From Hyphochytrium catenoides (Eukaryota; Protista; Hyphochytriomycota), in assembly GCA_900088475.1 (NCBI GenBank), contig FLMG01003637.1, forward strand, positions 1 to 47,982: 47,982 nt of DNA. Reading direction: 5' to 3'. Shown piece by piece: positions 10,225 through 23,299 of the stretch. Position numbers and translations under genes: made by a program. The notes under the pieces were generated by a model. It saw nothing but the letters and a program-made list of their open reading frames with translations, searched no databases and was not told the DNA's origin. The stretch's first letter is position 1. Each line of letters starts with the position of its first letter.

Positions 10225-13200
10225 ATGGCGGGCTTGGTGGAGTCTCTGGAGAGTCTGGACGCCGCGCTGGCGGCTGCCGGGGCCGGCTGTCGAGCGGATG
10301 TGCGGCAGAACTTCCTTGAGATCACAGAGCTCCGGCGCCACTTCCACCAGAATCCAGAGGTCAGGTCTCTATTATTATTTCCCCTTCCTAGAGCCTCTCT
10401 CCCTCCATCCCAGCGCCAATGTGTCACACCCTCTTTCTCCTTATACCTCACATGTGGTGCTGCTCTTCCCTTGATTTCTTAGCTCTCAGCGTGGCTCTTT
10501 CACTCCCTGGCATCTGTCTCTCACCCTGCACTACATATTAGCACTCACGCTACCATCTCTTCTCCTGGCGGGTCGGCCTCTCTCTGTGCAGCTATCTTTC
10601 AAGGAGGTTCGGACGGGAGAGTATGTCGCTAACTATCTTCGGGGTCTGGGGCTCCCAGTAGAGCGCGTCACTCACACAGGAGTCATCGCCACCATCAATG
10701 GAGCTTTCCCTGGCAGAACGGTGCCTTGTTCTCTCTTCTTGCCCTTCTCGCCGTTTCCCTAGTACACCCTCTCTCTCCTGCGTTACCTCTGGCCTTACTG
10801 TCTTCCTCTCTTCTGTCTCTCCCTGTCTCTCTCCGTTGTCATCGCCTCTGTTTCTTGCCTTTACCCTTCCCAACGGCTCACTGCTCCCATCATCGAGGCT
10901 CTCTTTGCTCTCGTTTTGAATGCTTCTCCGACCGGATTTCTTCTAAGTCTTTATCTTTGGTCTTCTCTTGGTGCTCTATCCTCTTCACTCTACCTCGCGC
11001 TTTCTTTCCTGATGCTGTCTCTCCTTGTGGCTGTGACGGTTTAGGTGGCGCTTAGGGCAGATATGGATGCACTGCCCGTGCAGGAGACGACCGGACTTCC
11101 CTTCGCGTCAAAAGAGAACATGCATGCCTGCGGCCACGGTCCTCCCTCTCCCTCGGGAAACAAGCACACATTTTTCTACTTTTATCTTTCTCTTAATGTC
11201 TGACACTCTCCTCCGCCCCCTCCTTCTCTCTCACTCTCCTTTTTCGTTGCTGATCATCTGCACTTTCTGCACCATTTCAGATCTTTGCTCCTGTCTCCCT
11301 TTTCGCCAAGTTTCAATAGCAGACATTCCGTGCTGCTCAGCGAGCTGATGTTATTCTTCTATCTTTATCGCTATGCTGACCATCTTTTTCTCGCTTTTTT
11401 CTCCAGACGCGCATATCGCGATTCTACTTGGCACGGCGAAGGTTATTTCTGCTTATCGTGACCGAATGCATGGTAGGCCTGATGCAGGGCCGGAGGTCCC
11501 CTTTCCCTTCTTCACTTGGGCTCCTCTCTCTCTCTCTCTCTCTCTCTCATACTTTCTCTCTCGTCTTGTGCATTGTCTTTGTCTTTAGTGCGAGGTTAAC
11601 TGTCCCTCTACCTTTCTTCTAAGCTGGCCGGAGTTGTCATTTGGTGGTGTCATCTTTTGCTCAGAGCACTTTCCTCGGCCCTCCTTAGTGATCCCTACTT
11701 ATTTGCTCCGTTGGCGCTTTTGGGTCTCTCTCTGACTTCATCTCTCACTGCATGCAGGCTCAGTGCGACTTGTGTTCCAGCCTGCAGAAGAAGACACGGA
11801 CGAGGAGCTCGGCCCTTCTGGTGGGGCCGCGGAGATGGTGAAGGACGGAGTGCTGGAGGGAGCGGACGAGATCTACGGCCTTCATGTGTGGAACTACGGT
11901 GAGGGAAACTAGTGAGTGAGGGAAAACAGGGAGGGAAAGAAAGGGAGAAGAGGGAAGAGAAGAGAGTCTGACGATAGGTCTGAATAGCCTAGTCTCCCTA
12001 AGTTCTTCTGCTGCTTGACTAAACCTCCCCTCCGTGTCTACCCTCTCCCTTGCCATGCCCTCCAACTTCTGTCACTTCTTGGCCTCGTAACTGCTCCCTC
12101 ACCCCTGCCTCAAACCTACTCCCACCCGCAAACACACACTCTCTCTCTCTCTTGCCGCGTCTCTCTTCTTCGTTCGGCTCATTCTCCACTTTCCTATTCT
12201 CCCATTAGATCCGCTGGGAGTGGTGGGAGTGCAGAGGGGCCCAATCATGGCGGCGTGTGACATACTGGACATCACTGTCCGCGGTCGCGGTGGGCACGGG
12301 GCCGCTCCGCAGGGGACAGTGGACGCGCTGGTGGTGGCCGCGCAACTAGTTCTCACTCTTCAGACAGTGGTCAGCAGGAACCTGGACCCCTTGGAAGGAG
12401 CGGTGCTCACTTTAGGGAGGATCAACGGTAAGAGGGAAAGGCAAGAGCGAGGCAGAGTCGCAGTTGGACGAGCTTGAGGTGGAGCTGCCGATCAGCTTTC
12501 AGAATTGACAGGGTTTGATTATGCAGAGGGACGAGAGAGAGAATGCCTAGTGATGAAAGAGAACATAACGAGGGTCGGAATGGGGGCCGAACGGACTGCA
12601 AAGAGACAGAATGACACGGTTGCCGCTAACCTTGGGCGCCAGAGTTAGAGTGAGGGCCGCCGCATTTCTTCCTGCTTGTGCCCAGAAGAGTCTCTCTCTC
12701 CCCTCGCGCGAAGTGTCTCTCTCCTACCTTCCCTTGGCATCTCGCACTCGTCTTCGACACTGCGGCGCCCTTCTTTCTCTCTCACTGACGCTACCTCGCT
12801 TATCTCTAGGCGGTTATGCCTCCAACGTAATCGCGGACACTGTCTCGATCCAGGGCACCTCTCGCTCTTTCTCTCCTTCCGCTCAGGCTCTGCTGCGGCG
12901 GCGAGTGGAGGAGATCTGTCGCGGGGTCGGGAGCGCCTTTGGGGCTGAGATCGAAGTGCGGCAGCTGGAGGTCTGCCCTAATGTCGTGAATGAGAGTGAA
13001 GAGCACGTCGAGCTCGTGAGGACGGCCGCCAAGAAGGCAAGTACCGTTATCCTTCATATTCCCCGACCTCTCTTTCACTCTCTCTCTCTCTCTCTCACTC
13101 TCTCTCTTTCCGTCTCTCTAGTCCCCTTATGCTGTTAGTTAACGCAGTCCGGCTGCCCTGGTCATGATGATGACTCTCTGACCATCCTTTCCTCCGTCTT

Positions 13201-13421
13201 TCATCCTGGTCGTGGAGCCTCTTTTCACCTTCTTTTCTTCGCACCTTCCAGAGCTCTTCCCTTTGTCTCTTTCTCACATTGTCCTCCCTCATCTTCCTCC
13301 TATCGTCTAACTCTGATGTTCTCCTGCGGCTCCGCCTCCAGGTTGTCGGGGAAAAGAATGTGCGGCCTCCTTTCGCTACCATGGCCTCGGAGGACTTTGG
13401 CTTCTTTCTTCAGGTTTCCTT

Positions 13422-13467
<46 letters not shown>

Positions 13468-13793
13468 CTCCCCTTCCCATCCACCTCTGTCGGGGTTCAA
13501 TCTCTTCTGTTGACCTTTGTCATCGTGATTCTTCTTCCTTGTGGCTTCATCGCTCTGGCCCGTCTCTCTCTCTCTCTCTCTCTGTGTTTGGCACGCTCAT
13601 GTACTCTCACTCTCACATTTGTCTGTCTCTCTCTCTTCAGGAGAAGCCTGGTTGCTTTTTCTTTGTCGGCTCAGCCCCTGCGGGAGAGGCTCGGCCGCAT
13701 CACAAGCCTAACTTTACTATAGACGAGGCCGCCCTCGCCGTGGGCACCTCAGTCTTCGTGCAGCTGATTTGTGATAGGCTAGGGATCGAGTGA
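10225..13793 (+). CDS. Peptidase M20 family amidohydrolase (M20D; ILR1/IAA-amino-acid hydrolase or hippurate hydrolase-like), 9 exons
   Basis: Spliced exons give the hallmark motifs 'RRHFHQNPE|LSFKE', '[11 protein letters not shown]', 'MHACGH|DAH', 'FQPAEE', 'IYGLHVW', 'GRGGHGAAP', 'SNVIAD', 'MASEDFGFF' and '[17 protein letters not shown]'. The metal ligands (C, H, E, H, H) are all present. Confidence 0.93.
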
Positions 13794-13962
13794 GAATGGA
13801 GAGAGAGAGGGAGAGAGAGAGAAAAAGAGAGAGGAGAGCGGGCGAGAGGAAGAATGAAGAAGAAGCGGAGAGCCAAAGACGATGAACAGAGCGAAAAGAG
13901 CCGAAGAAATAACTAAAGAGAAGAGCAAAGTAGGGACATGAAGATGGAAAACAGAGAAAAAG

Positions 13963-14015
<53 letters not shown>

Positions 14016-14500
14016 GAGAAGAGAGTGAGCAAGTATAAAGAGATGCCAGCTGACGATTCGAGGACGCTGCAGATAATAAACTGTCGTCTTTATAGCTCAA
14101 TGGACTATTATAGCGCCAGGCAGACGACTTACAAGAAGAGCCATGGCGGAAGGAGAGAGAGAGAGAGAGAGAAATGAGAGAGGAAAGCAAAGACAAAGAA
14201 AGACAAGTGCACCGCAGGAGGACGAGCGGGGAGACGAGAAACAAGAAACCCCATACATTAGTAAGGTGGAGGGTGAGGAAGGAAAGAACCACGTACGGAG
14301 AGAGAAAAAGAAAGGAGAGAGAAGGTTGAGAGAAGGGGGGGAGGGAGAGAAAGGAGAAAGAGGCAAAATAAGAAGGAAATGGGAGCATCTGCCTCGGGCC
14401 AGTCGGGTTGAGAGAGGGCGAGAGAGCGAGAGAGAGAGAGGGAGCTTAAGGGCAGTCAGGCGAAGCAAGTATTGAAAAAGAGAGAGAGAGAGACGGAGAT
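13794..14500 (+). repeat. Purine-rich (GA)n low-complexity intergenic/UTR tract
   Basis: A long (GA)n run at about 13965-14012 lies within ~700 bp of G/A-rich sequence between the M20 stop and the EFL1 start. Confidence 0.85.
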
Positions 14501-14729
14501 TCGAGGAGCCAGGCGAAGGAAGTATTGACTCATGCCGCAGAGCTGACCCTGCAATCAAGAACCACCACTTTTAGGGAAGACGCGACCAAGCAAGCTTAGC
14601 TCAAGCATCACTGATTATCCTCGATCTCTTAACCCTGTGACAGTTGTTTATTAGCCATAGGACGCCAGACCAGAAACGCGAAGCATCCAAAGCAGAGAAG
14701 GGGCCAACAGCCTCAATCCTAAGGCCACC

Positions 14730-17700
14730 ATGGCGTTTCGGGTCTCTCATGAGCAGCTCATTGCCATACAGAAAGAGACAAAATTCGTCCGTAACATCTG
14801 CATCTTGGCGCATGTTGATCATGGAAAGACTACTCTGAGCGATATGCTTATCACGTCAAATGGCATTATCTCACACAAGCTAGCTGGGAAGGTGAGACAT
14901 GAAGAGAACAGGGGGATCTGATCCCTTCGGCCGTCCCAGAGTTCGTCTTGTCTGTCGTTACTTTCTTCTTGCTTTCTGCGCGCGCTCTCTCTCTTCTACT
15001 TCTCTCTCTTGGCCCTTTGTTTCTGATCCTCTCACTCTCGCTCTTTAACCCCTCGCTCTCTGCGTTTTCTTTTCATAGCGCTTTGACCCGCGCTTCTTCT
15101 GAGCTCATCCTCTTGACTCCTTTATATCTAGGTCAGATACTTGGACAACACAGAGGAGGAGCAACAAAGAGGCATCACAATGAAGTCCAGCGCCATCTCT
15201 CTTCTCTACCACGCCCCACCTCCAGGAGCCGAAGAAGGGGAAGGAGGGCCTCCTGATTCTTCTCTTCCGCCGTCTCCTCTATCTCAGCCCTACCTGATCA
15301 ATCTTATAGACTCGCCAGGTCACGTAGACTTCTCCTCCGATGTATCCAGTGCCGTCCGACTCTGTGATGGTGCACTGATCATTATTGACGTTCTCGAGGG
15401 CGTCTGTGCACAGACACACGCAGTGCTGCGACAGGTAAGAAGCAGGCATCAAAAAGGAGACAAAGGCATTCGGAGAGGCCCGGAGAGAGCGATTAGCAGG
15501 TTTGCAAGTTGAATAGAGAGAGAAAAGAGAGAGAAAGACTGACGGAGAACCAGCGTTTTGCGCTGAAGGAGTATGCAAGCCGAGGCAGTGAGGAAGCGCG
15601 GAGGGCGGACGCCTTCTCTTTAAACGTTCTAAATCTCCGATCGCTAGGCCTGGGCAGAGAGTGTTCGTCCTTGTCTGATTTTGAATAAGATAGATCGTCT
15701 GATCCTAGAGCTTCAGCTATCACCAGCAGAGGCTTATGAGCACCTTCAGAGAATAGTAGAGCAGGTAAGAGTTTCTTCCCTGAAGAGATCACTCTTCTTT
15801 TTTGCCACTCTTCGTTTCCCTCAGCCAGCCTATCAAAGAGGCTTCCCCACCTCCGCGAACTACGGTCTCTCTTGACATGAATATGTAGTTTCTCAGGTGG
15901 CTGTGGACGGATAACCCTTCTTTGATGTCTGTCTCACCCGTCTCCCTCCACTTCTTCTGTCCTCTCAAGGTCAATGCCACAGTTTTATCTATGCTTTCAG
16001 CTGAGGTCATGGCCGCGGCAGAGAAGGACCACCAGGATCAGGGCAATTCCAAGCGCAGAAGCTCTGTAAGCAGAAAAAGCGATAGAGAAAAGGAAGAAGG
16101 AGATACTGCAGTATTCACCGATTGGCAGCTTGAGTTTGATGACGAGAGAGAGGCCGCGCTTGTCTTTTCTCCTGAAAAAGGGAATGTTCTCTTCGCGTCG
16201 GCCATCGACGGCTGGGCATTTGGCGTGGGCTACTTTGCCCGTGTCTTCTCCAAAAAACTGGACTATCCAATGAAAAAGCTTCGCCTCGCTCTTTGGGGAG
16301 ACTACTATTGGGATGCTAAGGAAAAGAGAGTCACCAAGAAGCCGCCAAAGTCTACTTCTCTCCCCCTCTTTGTCCAACTGGCTCTAGAGCCGATTTGGGC
16401 TGTGTATAAGGCCGTTATAATGGAGCCGGATAAGGAGAGAGTCACTCAGATTCTCAAGTCCCTTCGCATATTGAAGCACATTCCTCCTAGAGAGCTAGAG
16501 AGCCCGGACAGGAAGATTGCCCTCTGCTCCATTTTTAGAAAGTGGCTTCCTCTCTCATCGGCAGTTCTCCGCATGGTCACTCGCGTTCTGCCTTCTCCGT
16601 CGGAGGCTCAAAAAGTGAGAATAGACAGGATCTGGCCTCCCTCCCTTTTAGAGAAGATGACGAAGAGTAGGAGAGGGTCGGAGAGTGAGAAAGAAGAGAG
16701 AGAGAAAGTGCAAAAGGAGCTACAAGAGATAGAGCAAACGAGGGAAGCTGTGGCCACCTGCGATACATCCTCCTCGGCTCCTGTTATCGTCTATGTTAGC
16801 AAGATGATCGCGGTTGAGAAGAGGTTGCTCTCTGACTTCTCGGAGCTCGTGGAAGAGGAGAGAGAATCAAGAGGGGAACTAAGCGAAGGACAGGACGGAG
16901 AAGACGGAGAGAGAAGAGAGCGAACTGGAAAGAGTGAAGAGGTATTCGTGGCTTTTGCCCGTGTCTTTAGCGGTACGCTTTCCCGAAACCAGGTTCTACA
17001 CGTGTTGGGTCCCAAGTACCTGCCACAAAGTGGTTCCTCTCTCTCTTCTATCTCTCTCTCACGCCATGTGACGACGGTTTCTTCTCCTCTCCGTTTGTAC
17101 ATGCTGATGGGCCGAGAGCTCTTCTCACTTGCCTCTGTTCCTGCGGGGAATATCGTCGGCATCTTAGGACTCGGTGAGCACGTCTTAAAGACCGCGACTG
17201 TCTCGTCATCTCTTCTTTGCCCTTCTTTCTCTCGAATGCCCTTTCAAGCTCGTCCGATCGTTCGAGTGGCAGTGGAGCCGGTGAATCTTAAGGATCTCCC
17301 TCTTCTAGAGGCTGGCTTGCAGTTGCTATATAAGGCAGATCCTACCGTGGAGGTCCGGATCCAGGTAAACTCAGTAGCATGCACTCGCTTCCTTCTCTTG
17401 TTTTTTCCTCCCCTCTCTGTTAGGCTGATCTTGGTGTTGCAGTTCTGTCTCTTTCTGCCTCGTGCCGCTTACGAGCTCCTCCCTATTAATGGGGCTCATA
17501 GCGGCTATAATTGTTAGAAGTCTTTCCTCTCCGCTCCGTGTTTCCCACGTCTTGCTTGGAGGACCTCTTGAGGCACTGGGTAGTTCCACTCCTTCAGCTC
17601 CAACTGTTCCCTTGTTATTGTTCTTCGCTGGTCCTCTTTTCTTATGCTGATCAAACCTTTTTTCTTCTCACTTGTCGCCGGTTCTGGTCCCATAGGAAAC

Positions 17701-19588
17701 GGGTGAGCACGTTATTATTGCTCTAGGAGAGCTGCACCTAGAACGTTGCCTGAAGGACCTGAGGGAGAGATTTGCCAAGGTCCCGCTGCATTGCTCACCA
17801 CCCATTGTGTCTTTCAGAGAGACGATCACCGGAGGAAACACTCCTGCCAACAGTTTCTTCCACGCTGCGCTTGAGAAGAAGATCTTGGGCGATCTGTCCA
17901 CGTCGTCCTCTTCTTCTCTAATGCCTTCCTCAGTAGCGTCTTCCTCTTCTCTATCTTCAGCCGCCGAGAGAGTTGTTAGGATCCCCACGCCGAATAGGAA
18001 GATCTTCCTATCTATTCGTGCTCATCCTCTCCCTACTGAAGTCGCATTCTTCCTGGATGAGAATGCTGCCACCATCCGATCCCTTCTGAAGAGAGAAGAG
18101 GCTGGAGGGAAGGAGGAAGACGACGAAGAGACGTCTGAGCATGCTAGTAGATCCAAGGATGTCTCCGAGGAAGAGAGGGGAGGAAAGGGAGGAGAGACGC
18201 TGGAAGATTTCAAGGAGAGACTTATTTCTCTTCTGCAGGAAAGTGGAGACGAGATTTGGGCCTCTGTCATAGAGGAGCACGGAATCTGGAGCTTTGGTCC
18301 TCGTCGTGTCGGGCCTAATCTACTTGTCGGCAGAGTACCAGGCTTCGCACCTCACTGCGTGATAGAACCTAGAACGCCGAAGGACACAGAGCAAGATGTG
18401 GGAGAATTGGGAGGGAAGAGTGAGCTGTTCCGGTCGATAGAAGGTAGCGTTGTGACAGGATTCCAGCTTGCCTCCTCATCTGGCCCTCTCTGTGAGGAGC
18501 CTGTCTGGGGCGTCGCATTCTTTCTTGAAGAAATCGAGACAGAGGCGGAAGAACAGGATGGAGATGAGGGAGAGAAGGTATCCGGACCGGACCCATTTGG
18601 CCCTCTATCTGGACAAGTGATCTCTACCATGAGAGGCGGATGTCGACTGGCCTTCCTGCGTAATCCTGTGAGGCTGGTGGAGGCGATGTATCGGTGTACG
18701 CTTCAATGTGACACAGAGCAGCTTGGGAACCTCTATGGAGTCATTGCTAGAAGAAGAGGAAAGGTAAGAGAGGTCAGCAATATATCTTAAGAGTTGAAAA
18801 AGGGCTTTTGGCATCAAAAACGAGCCCTGCAACGCGTCGCTGAAGGCCAGGAGAGAACCGAGAGAGGGGGATGTGGGAGATCGTTCACCAACCAAGGCGG
18901 ATCTCTTGCTATTTGGTCCTCTCTCTGAGCACTGCCTAGGACCTTATTAGGATATAGGGCTCAGACTCTCTTTCTCACTCTGTCTGGCTCGCTCTCTCTT
19001 CTCAAGGTTATAAAAGACGATCTGCAAGAAGGAACCACAATCTTTTCGATCACTGCAAACATTCCTGTCGTTGAGAGCTTTGGCTTTGCTGAGGAATTGC
19101 TCAAGAAGACTTCAGGATCTGTATCCTCTCCGCAGCTTGTCTTCAGCCACTGGGAGGTAAGGGTACAAGTGAGATGGTAGTAGGCGGTGTCTGAGAGAAA
19201 GGGTGAGAGAGAGAGAGAAAGAGAGAGAGAGAGATTGAGAGAGAGAGAAGAGTAAGCTGCTACTCCCTCGATCTGGAATATAGACAGAAGTGGCAGCCCA
19301 CAAAGAGCAGAGATCCTAGTAAAATAGGTGAACGTTAGGAACAGACGGGGAAAGACTCTCATTTAGTGACCCTCTTTCCTCCTCTTCTCCTTCTACTAGG
19401 TAATGGACATCGACCCATTTTTCCAGCCCACCACCCAGGAGGAGAGAGAGGAGCACGGAGAAAAGATATATGAAAGCAACATCGCTAAGAAATACATAGA
19501 GGCCACTAGGAAGCGGAAAGGGCTTAGTGTAGAGGAGAAGATTGTGGTTCACGCCGAGAAACAGAGAACCTTAACTAGAATGAAGTAG
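14730..19588 (+). CDS. EFL1: Elongation factor-like GTPase 1 (EFL1/Ria1, 60S maturation), 7 exons
   Basis: G1 '[17 protein letters not shown]', '[12 protein letters not shown]', G3 '[16 protein letters not shown]', G4 '[11 protein letters not shown]', '[14 protein letters not shown]', '[17 protein letters not shown]', 'GPLCEEP', '[26 protein letters not shown]' and the EFL1-type C-terminus '[26 protein letters not shown]'. Exons start at 14730, 15132, 15648, 15970, 17696, 19007 and 19400. Confidence 0.95.
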
Positions 19589-19918
19589 CGGAGAGGACCC
19601 CCAACACCTGGATGAGGAGAGAAGAGAGAGGGGAAGTAAGAGAAGACAGAGAGAGAGAGAGACAGAGAGAGACAATGAGAAAGGAGGAGCAGAGAGAGCT
19701 CCCAATGAGCTTATTGAGGAATTGCTGAGGTTGTGGAGCGTAATGTATGATTGTTCCTGGCTCTAGCAAGTTTGTCTGCACCACCCAAGAAAGACTCATG
19801 ATGGTAGTGCCAGTGGCCAGAGATTGACAACGAGGTGACGGTACCCAAAATGCACGGAGAGAGGGAGAGGCATGCTGCTGATAGCTTTGTTTCAGTCGAT
19901 GTACTCTAAAATTAAAAG

Positions 19919-22570
19919 TTATGATGACGACGAAGACGGAAGAGAGTCTTGGCTAGAGGAAGGCGGGGCAGCCTCAGTCTTTGCTTTCTTCTCTTCCTCT
20001 GAAAGCACTGACAGTCGTCTCTTCAGGGTGGAGACGGACTGAGCCTCTGGAGCCATGAGAGGATTCCAACCCTAGGGGAGCGAAGAGACCGTGAGACAGT
20101 GCTTGCAGTCAAGGAGACGGAAACGAAAGAGCATACACTCCAGAGAATAGATGGACGAGGCGATATAAATGCACTAAGAAAGACAAGAGAGAGATAGAGA
20201 GCGGCAGTGAGGAGGGAGAAAACGCGAAGGAGAGAAGCACGTGCTTACCGCAGTCAGTCCAGCCTTCTCTGCAATCCTCCTCGTATCGGAGATGGGAATT
20301 TGAAGAGAGCTCATAAACTCTGCCCTAACGTTAGGGTTTAGGCCTTGGCAAAACTTCTCTAGCTGTTGCTTAGGGAGAGAGGAAAGAGAAAAGAGAGAAT
20401 ACGCTGAATATGGGGCCTTAGGCTTGGCAAAGATAAGGAGAAGATTGGGGATGGTGGGGTCCAGAGAGAGAGAGAGGTACTCCTCCAGCTGCTTCCGCAT
20501 GTCGTTGAGAGAAACCTGGATCCACCTCAGACCCCTAAGATCACACGCACGCGCGAGTTCGGAAGGAGAGAGAGAGTCAATTCCTTGAAGAAGAAGAGCT
20601 TTGTCATCTTCTGCGCCTTGGGTGAGCGCTCTCTTGATGTTAGCTCTCATGCGGTCCTCTCCCTGTCAAGAGGTAGAGGTAAGAACAGTGCCGGACGCAA
20701 GTCAAATAACTGGAAAGGAGAGCTTTCTTTTGTTGAAAACAACAGAGACTGATTAGGTGCCAAAGCAGAGAGAAAGAGAGAGTAAGAGAGCAACTATAGA
20801 CTAGTTCAGAGATAGCACTTGCAGGAAGGCTGTTGATTTGCACTGAGACACAGAGAAAGTGAGAGCCTCTAGAGAACGAGCGGGACGATATGGCCCAGAG
20901 GCCAAGTTGATATGAGGAAAGAAGGGAGAGAGCACTAAGCTCTGGTGACTCACCCGGAAGAGGTACCAGTATGTCTGCAGGTCTAAGTATCTGCAAATAA
21001 TTTCCAAGCCCTTCCTGGGCATTGTATCCAAGTCTCCTACTTTGGAGAAGAAAGGTGCGATCGCCCGCACGTCCGCTTCAGAAAGAGGAGCTCCGCTCCT
21101 GAGCCTTTTCAGCGCTTCAGCGCTTCTATTCTCCTTCAGCGCCCCTTCTTCCTTGACTCCGTTGAAGAAATAGTCATGCAAAGGGCCTAACGCTTTGAGC
21201 CGATGAAGACTGCTCTTCATCTCATTTCTAAGCCGTGTTTCCTCTGTATCGAAGGTTGACGGAATAAGAGAAGGGTAGATCTTTAACGCGAAAGGGAGAA
21301 GGAGCTCCGCAAAAGGAACGATGACGAAGAAAGAGAATGGGATCATTCTAGTAATAACGAGCGGGGGAGGAGAGAGAGAGAGCATTGGGAGATAGGGAGA
21401 AAACGAGAGACGAGAAGGGAGAGAGAGCGAGGGAGGGCAGCAAGGAGAAGGCCGTTAGTCTCATATGAAGGAATATCCAAGCAAAGTCCACCAGAGATAG
21501 GAGGAGACGGCTGCGTATGGCCATCATCTCGAGAAACGATAAAAGAGACTAAGTCCAAACGGACAGCAGCAGAGGAGCTCGGACAAGGCAAAAGACAGAG
21601 ACAACAATAGTAGCAAAGGAAGAGACACAAACAGAGAGACGTGAAGTGGAAGATATGACGTTATGAAATGGCTCACAGACCTGAACAGATCAGCAGCAGC
21701 CAGATGTAGTAGCCGTCTCTCAGGCTTCGTGAGCATCTCTCCTATAGAAGCAAGAAGATTAAGTTTATGCAGAGGAACAGGAGAAAACCAAGCAACAGAG
21801 AGAATGGGGATAGGCTGCAAGAAGGAAGGGAGCTAGTCGCACCATCAAAGAAAGGACAGAAGAAGCGTCAACCCCAGAACATGAGCATATGATAAGCGCT
21901 GAACCCTATGATCCTCTCTGCCTTTTTCCCTCAGATTCTGTCTCTTTGTTTCCTCTCCTGCTTTCTCTCGCCCTCTACGTCTCTTTCGTCTTCTATCCTA
22001 CTGCCCTTGTAGAGACTTACCATTCTGGACCCTGAGGATGAGCGTGTAGGCAATCTTGGTGTTCTTTACAAAGAGCTGAGAGCCGTACCACAAGTGCTTG
22101 AGCCCGTCCACCGCCAGCTTATAATAATGCTTGACCTTCACCACCATATCCTTCCTTTCTCCGGCTACCTTGTCTCTCTTCTCTATCTCCCCTGACGCTC
22201 TGGCCTTCTCTTCAGTAGCCAATCGTAGAGTTGGAAGGGCCTGTTCAACGGTGACGATAGGGATGGCCTTCGAGGAAGGAGTGGAAGGAGAAGGTGTGGA
22301 TAGAGGAGATGGAAAATTAGGAGAAGTAACTGTTGCTGGAAGAGGGAGAGAAGAGACAATGTCCCTCTTCTCCGTACTGGTGGATGGCTGAGTCTCGAGG
22401 GAGGAAAGATTGCGGATGTGCAGCCCTACATAGAGCTCATCTCCGCCGCGCCTGGCCGCATGTAGGAAAGCTGCTGCTGGGGACGGCTGTCTTCTAGTGC
22501 TCGCCGAAAGGACGGACCAGCCTCTTGCTACCATGGTATGGGAGCTGCCCTGGCACTTGAGTCTCATCAT
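19919..22570 (-). CDS. LETM1: LETM1/Mdm38-family mitochondrial inner-membrane protein
   Basis: 'GLKHLWYGSQLFVKNTKIA', 'LTKPERRLLHLAAADLFR', the Pro-rich TM 'IPFSFFVIVPFAELLLPFALKIYPSLIPSTF' and 'EDDKALLLQGIDSLSPSELARACDLRGL'. The N-terminus is R/S-rich and acid-poor, like a presequence. The start codon is uncertain; the last exon reads GWNPLM...SSSS* with TAA at 19921-19919. No EF-hand seen. Confidence 0.9.
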
Positions 22571-23075
22571 CTTTCCTAGGGCGCGGTCCGAGTGACACAC
22601 GGGCGGTCTTCTAGACAATTCTCCTCTGGGTCGTCGTTGTCCTTTTGCTCGTCCTTCTCGCTCCTTCAGGGTCTGTTAGAGTCGTCTGCGTTGAAGAGAA
22701 TAACTGGCAGACTGAGAGAGGATGCGGGCCCGGGAGTGTGAGCTCAAACAACGGCAAAGTGTGAAGTGATAGAGGGGAGGCAAACGGCGCTTCGTAGTAC
22801 CTCTTCTCTCTTGGTGCCTGACAGGATGGGGAGGGCCAGAGCAATCAGACGACAATGCCGGAAGATGAAAGGAGGGATAAGAAGGCGACGCGGGGAGAAG
22901 GGGAAAGGAGAATGACCCGCTAGTAGGATTGAGAAAGAGAGAGAGGAACCACACAAAAAAAATATGGGACGAATGCTGTACAATCCTATCAGCGGTGACC
23001 TGAGAGATGACACAATGAAGACAAGAGAGGAACGGTATAGAAACATAGGTAAAGGGATAGAGACAAGAGAGAGAA

Positions 23076-23169
23076 NNNNNNNNNNNNNNNNNNNNNNNNN
23101 NNNNNNNNNNNNNNNNNNNNNNNNNNNNNNNNNNNNNNNNNNNNNNNNNNNNNNNNNNNNNNNNNNNNN
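23076..23169. other. Assembly gap (run of N) inside a (GA)n microsatellite
   Basis: N run flanked by GAGA repeats on both sides. Confidence 0.98.
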
Positions 23170-23207
<38 letters not shown>

Positions 23208-23299
23208 AAGAGAGAGGAGCCCACAGTAAACTAGAAGCGACACGCTGTCGCCAGCCTCGCTCCATCACTGTCGCAGCCTCACTTCCCTTTCACTTGAGA

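Noticed and set aside
13717-14558. Long Ser/Leu- or Glu/Arg-rich ORFs here and at 22676-24195 and 25654-27278
   Set aside because: These are translations of (CT)n/(GA)n microsatellites, which lack stop codons by composition.
14730-19588. Annotation of this GTPase as eEF2 or Snu114
   Set aside because: It lacks the eEF2 diphthamide-loop context and the acidic Snu114 N-terminus, while the C-terminal RKRKGL...AEKQRTL motif is EFL1-type.
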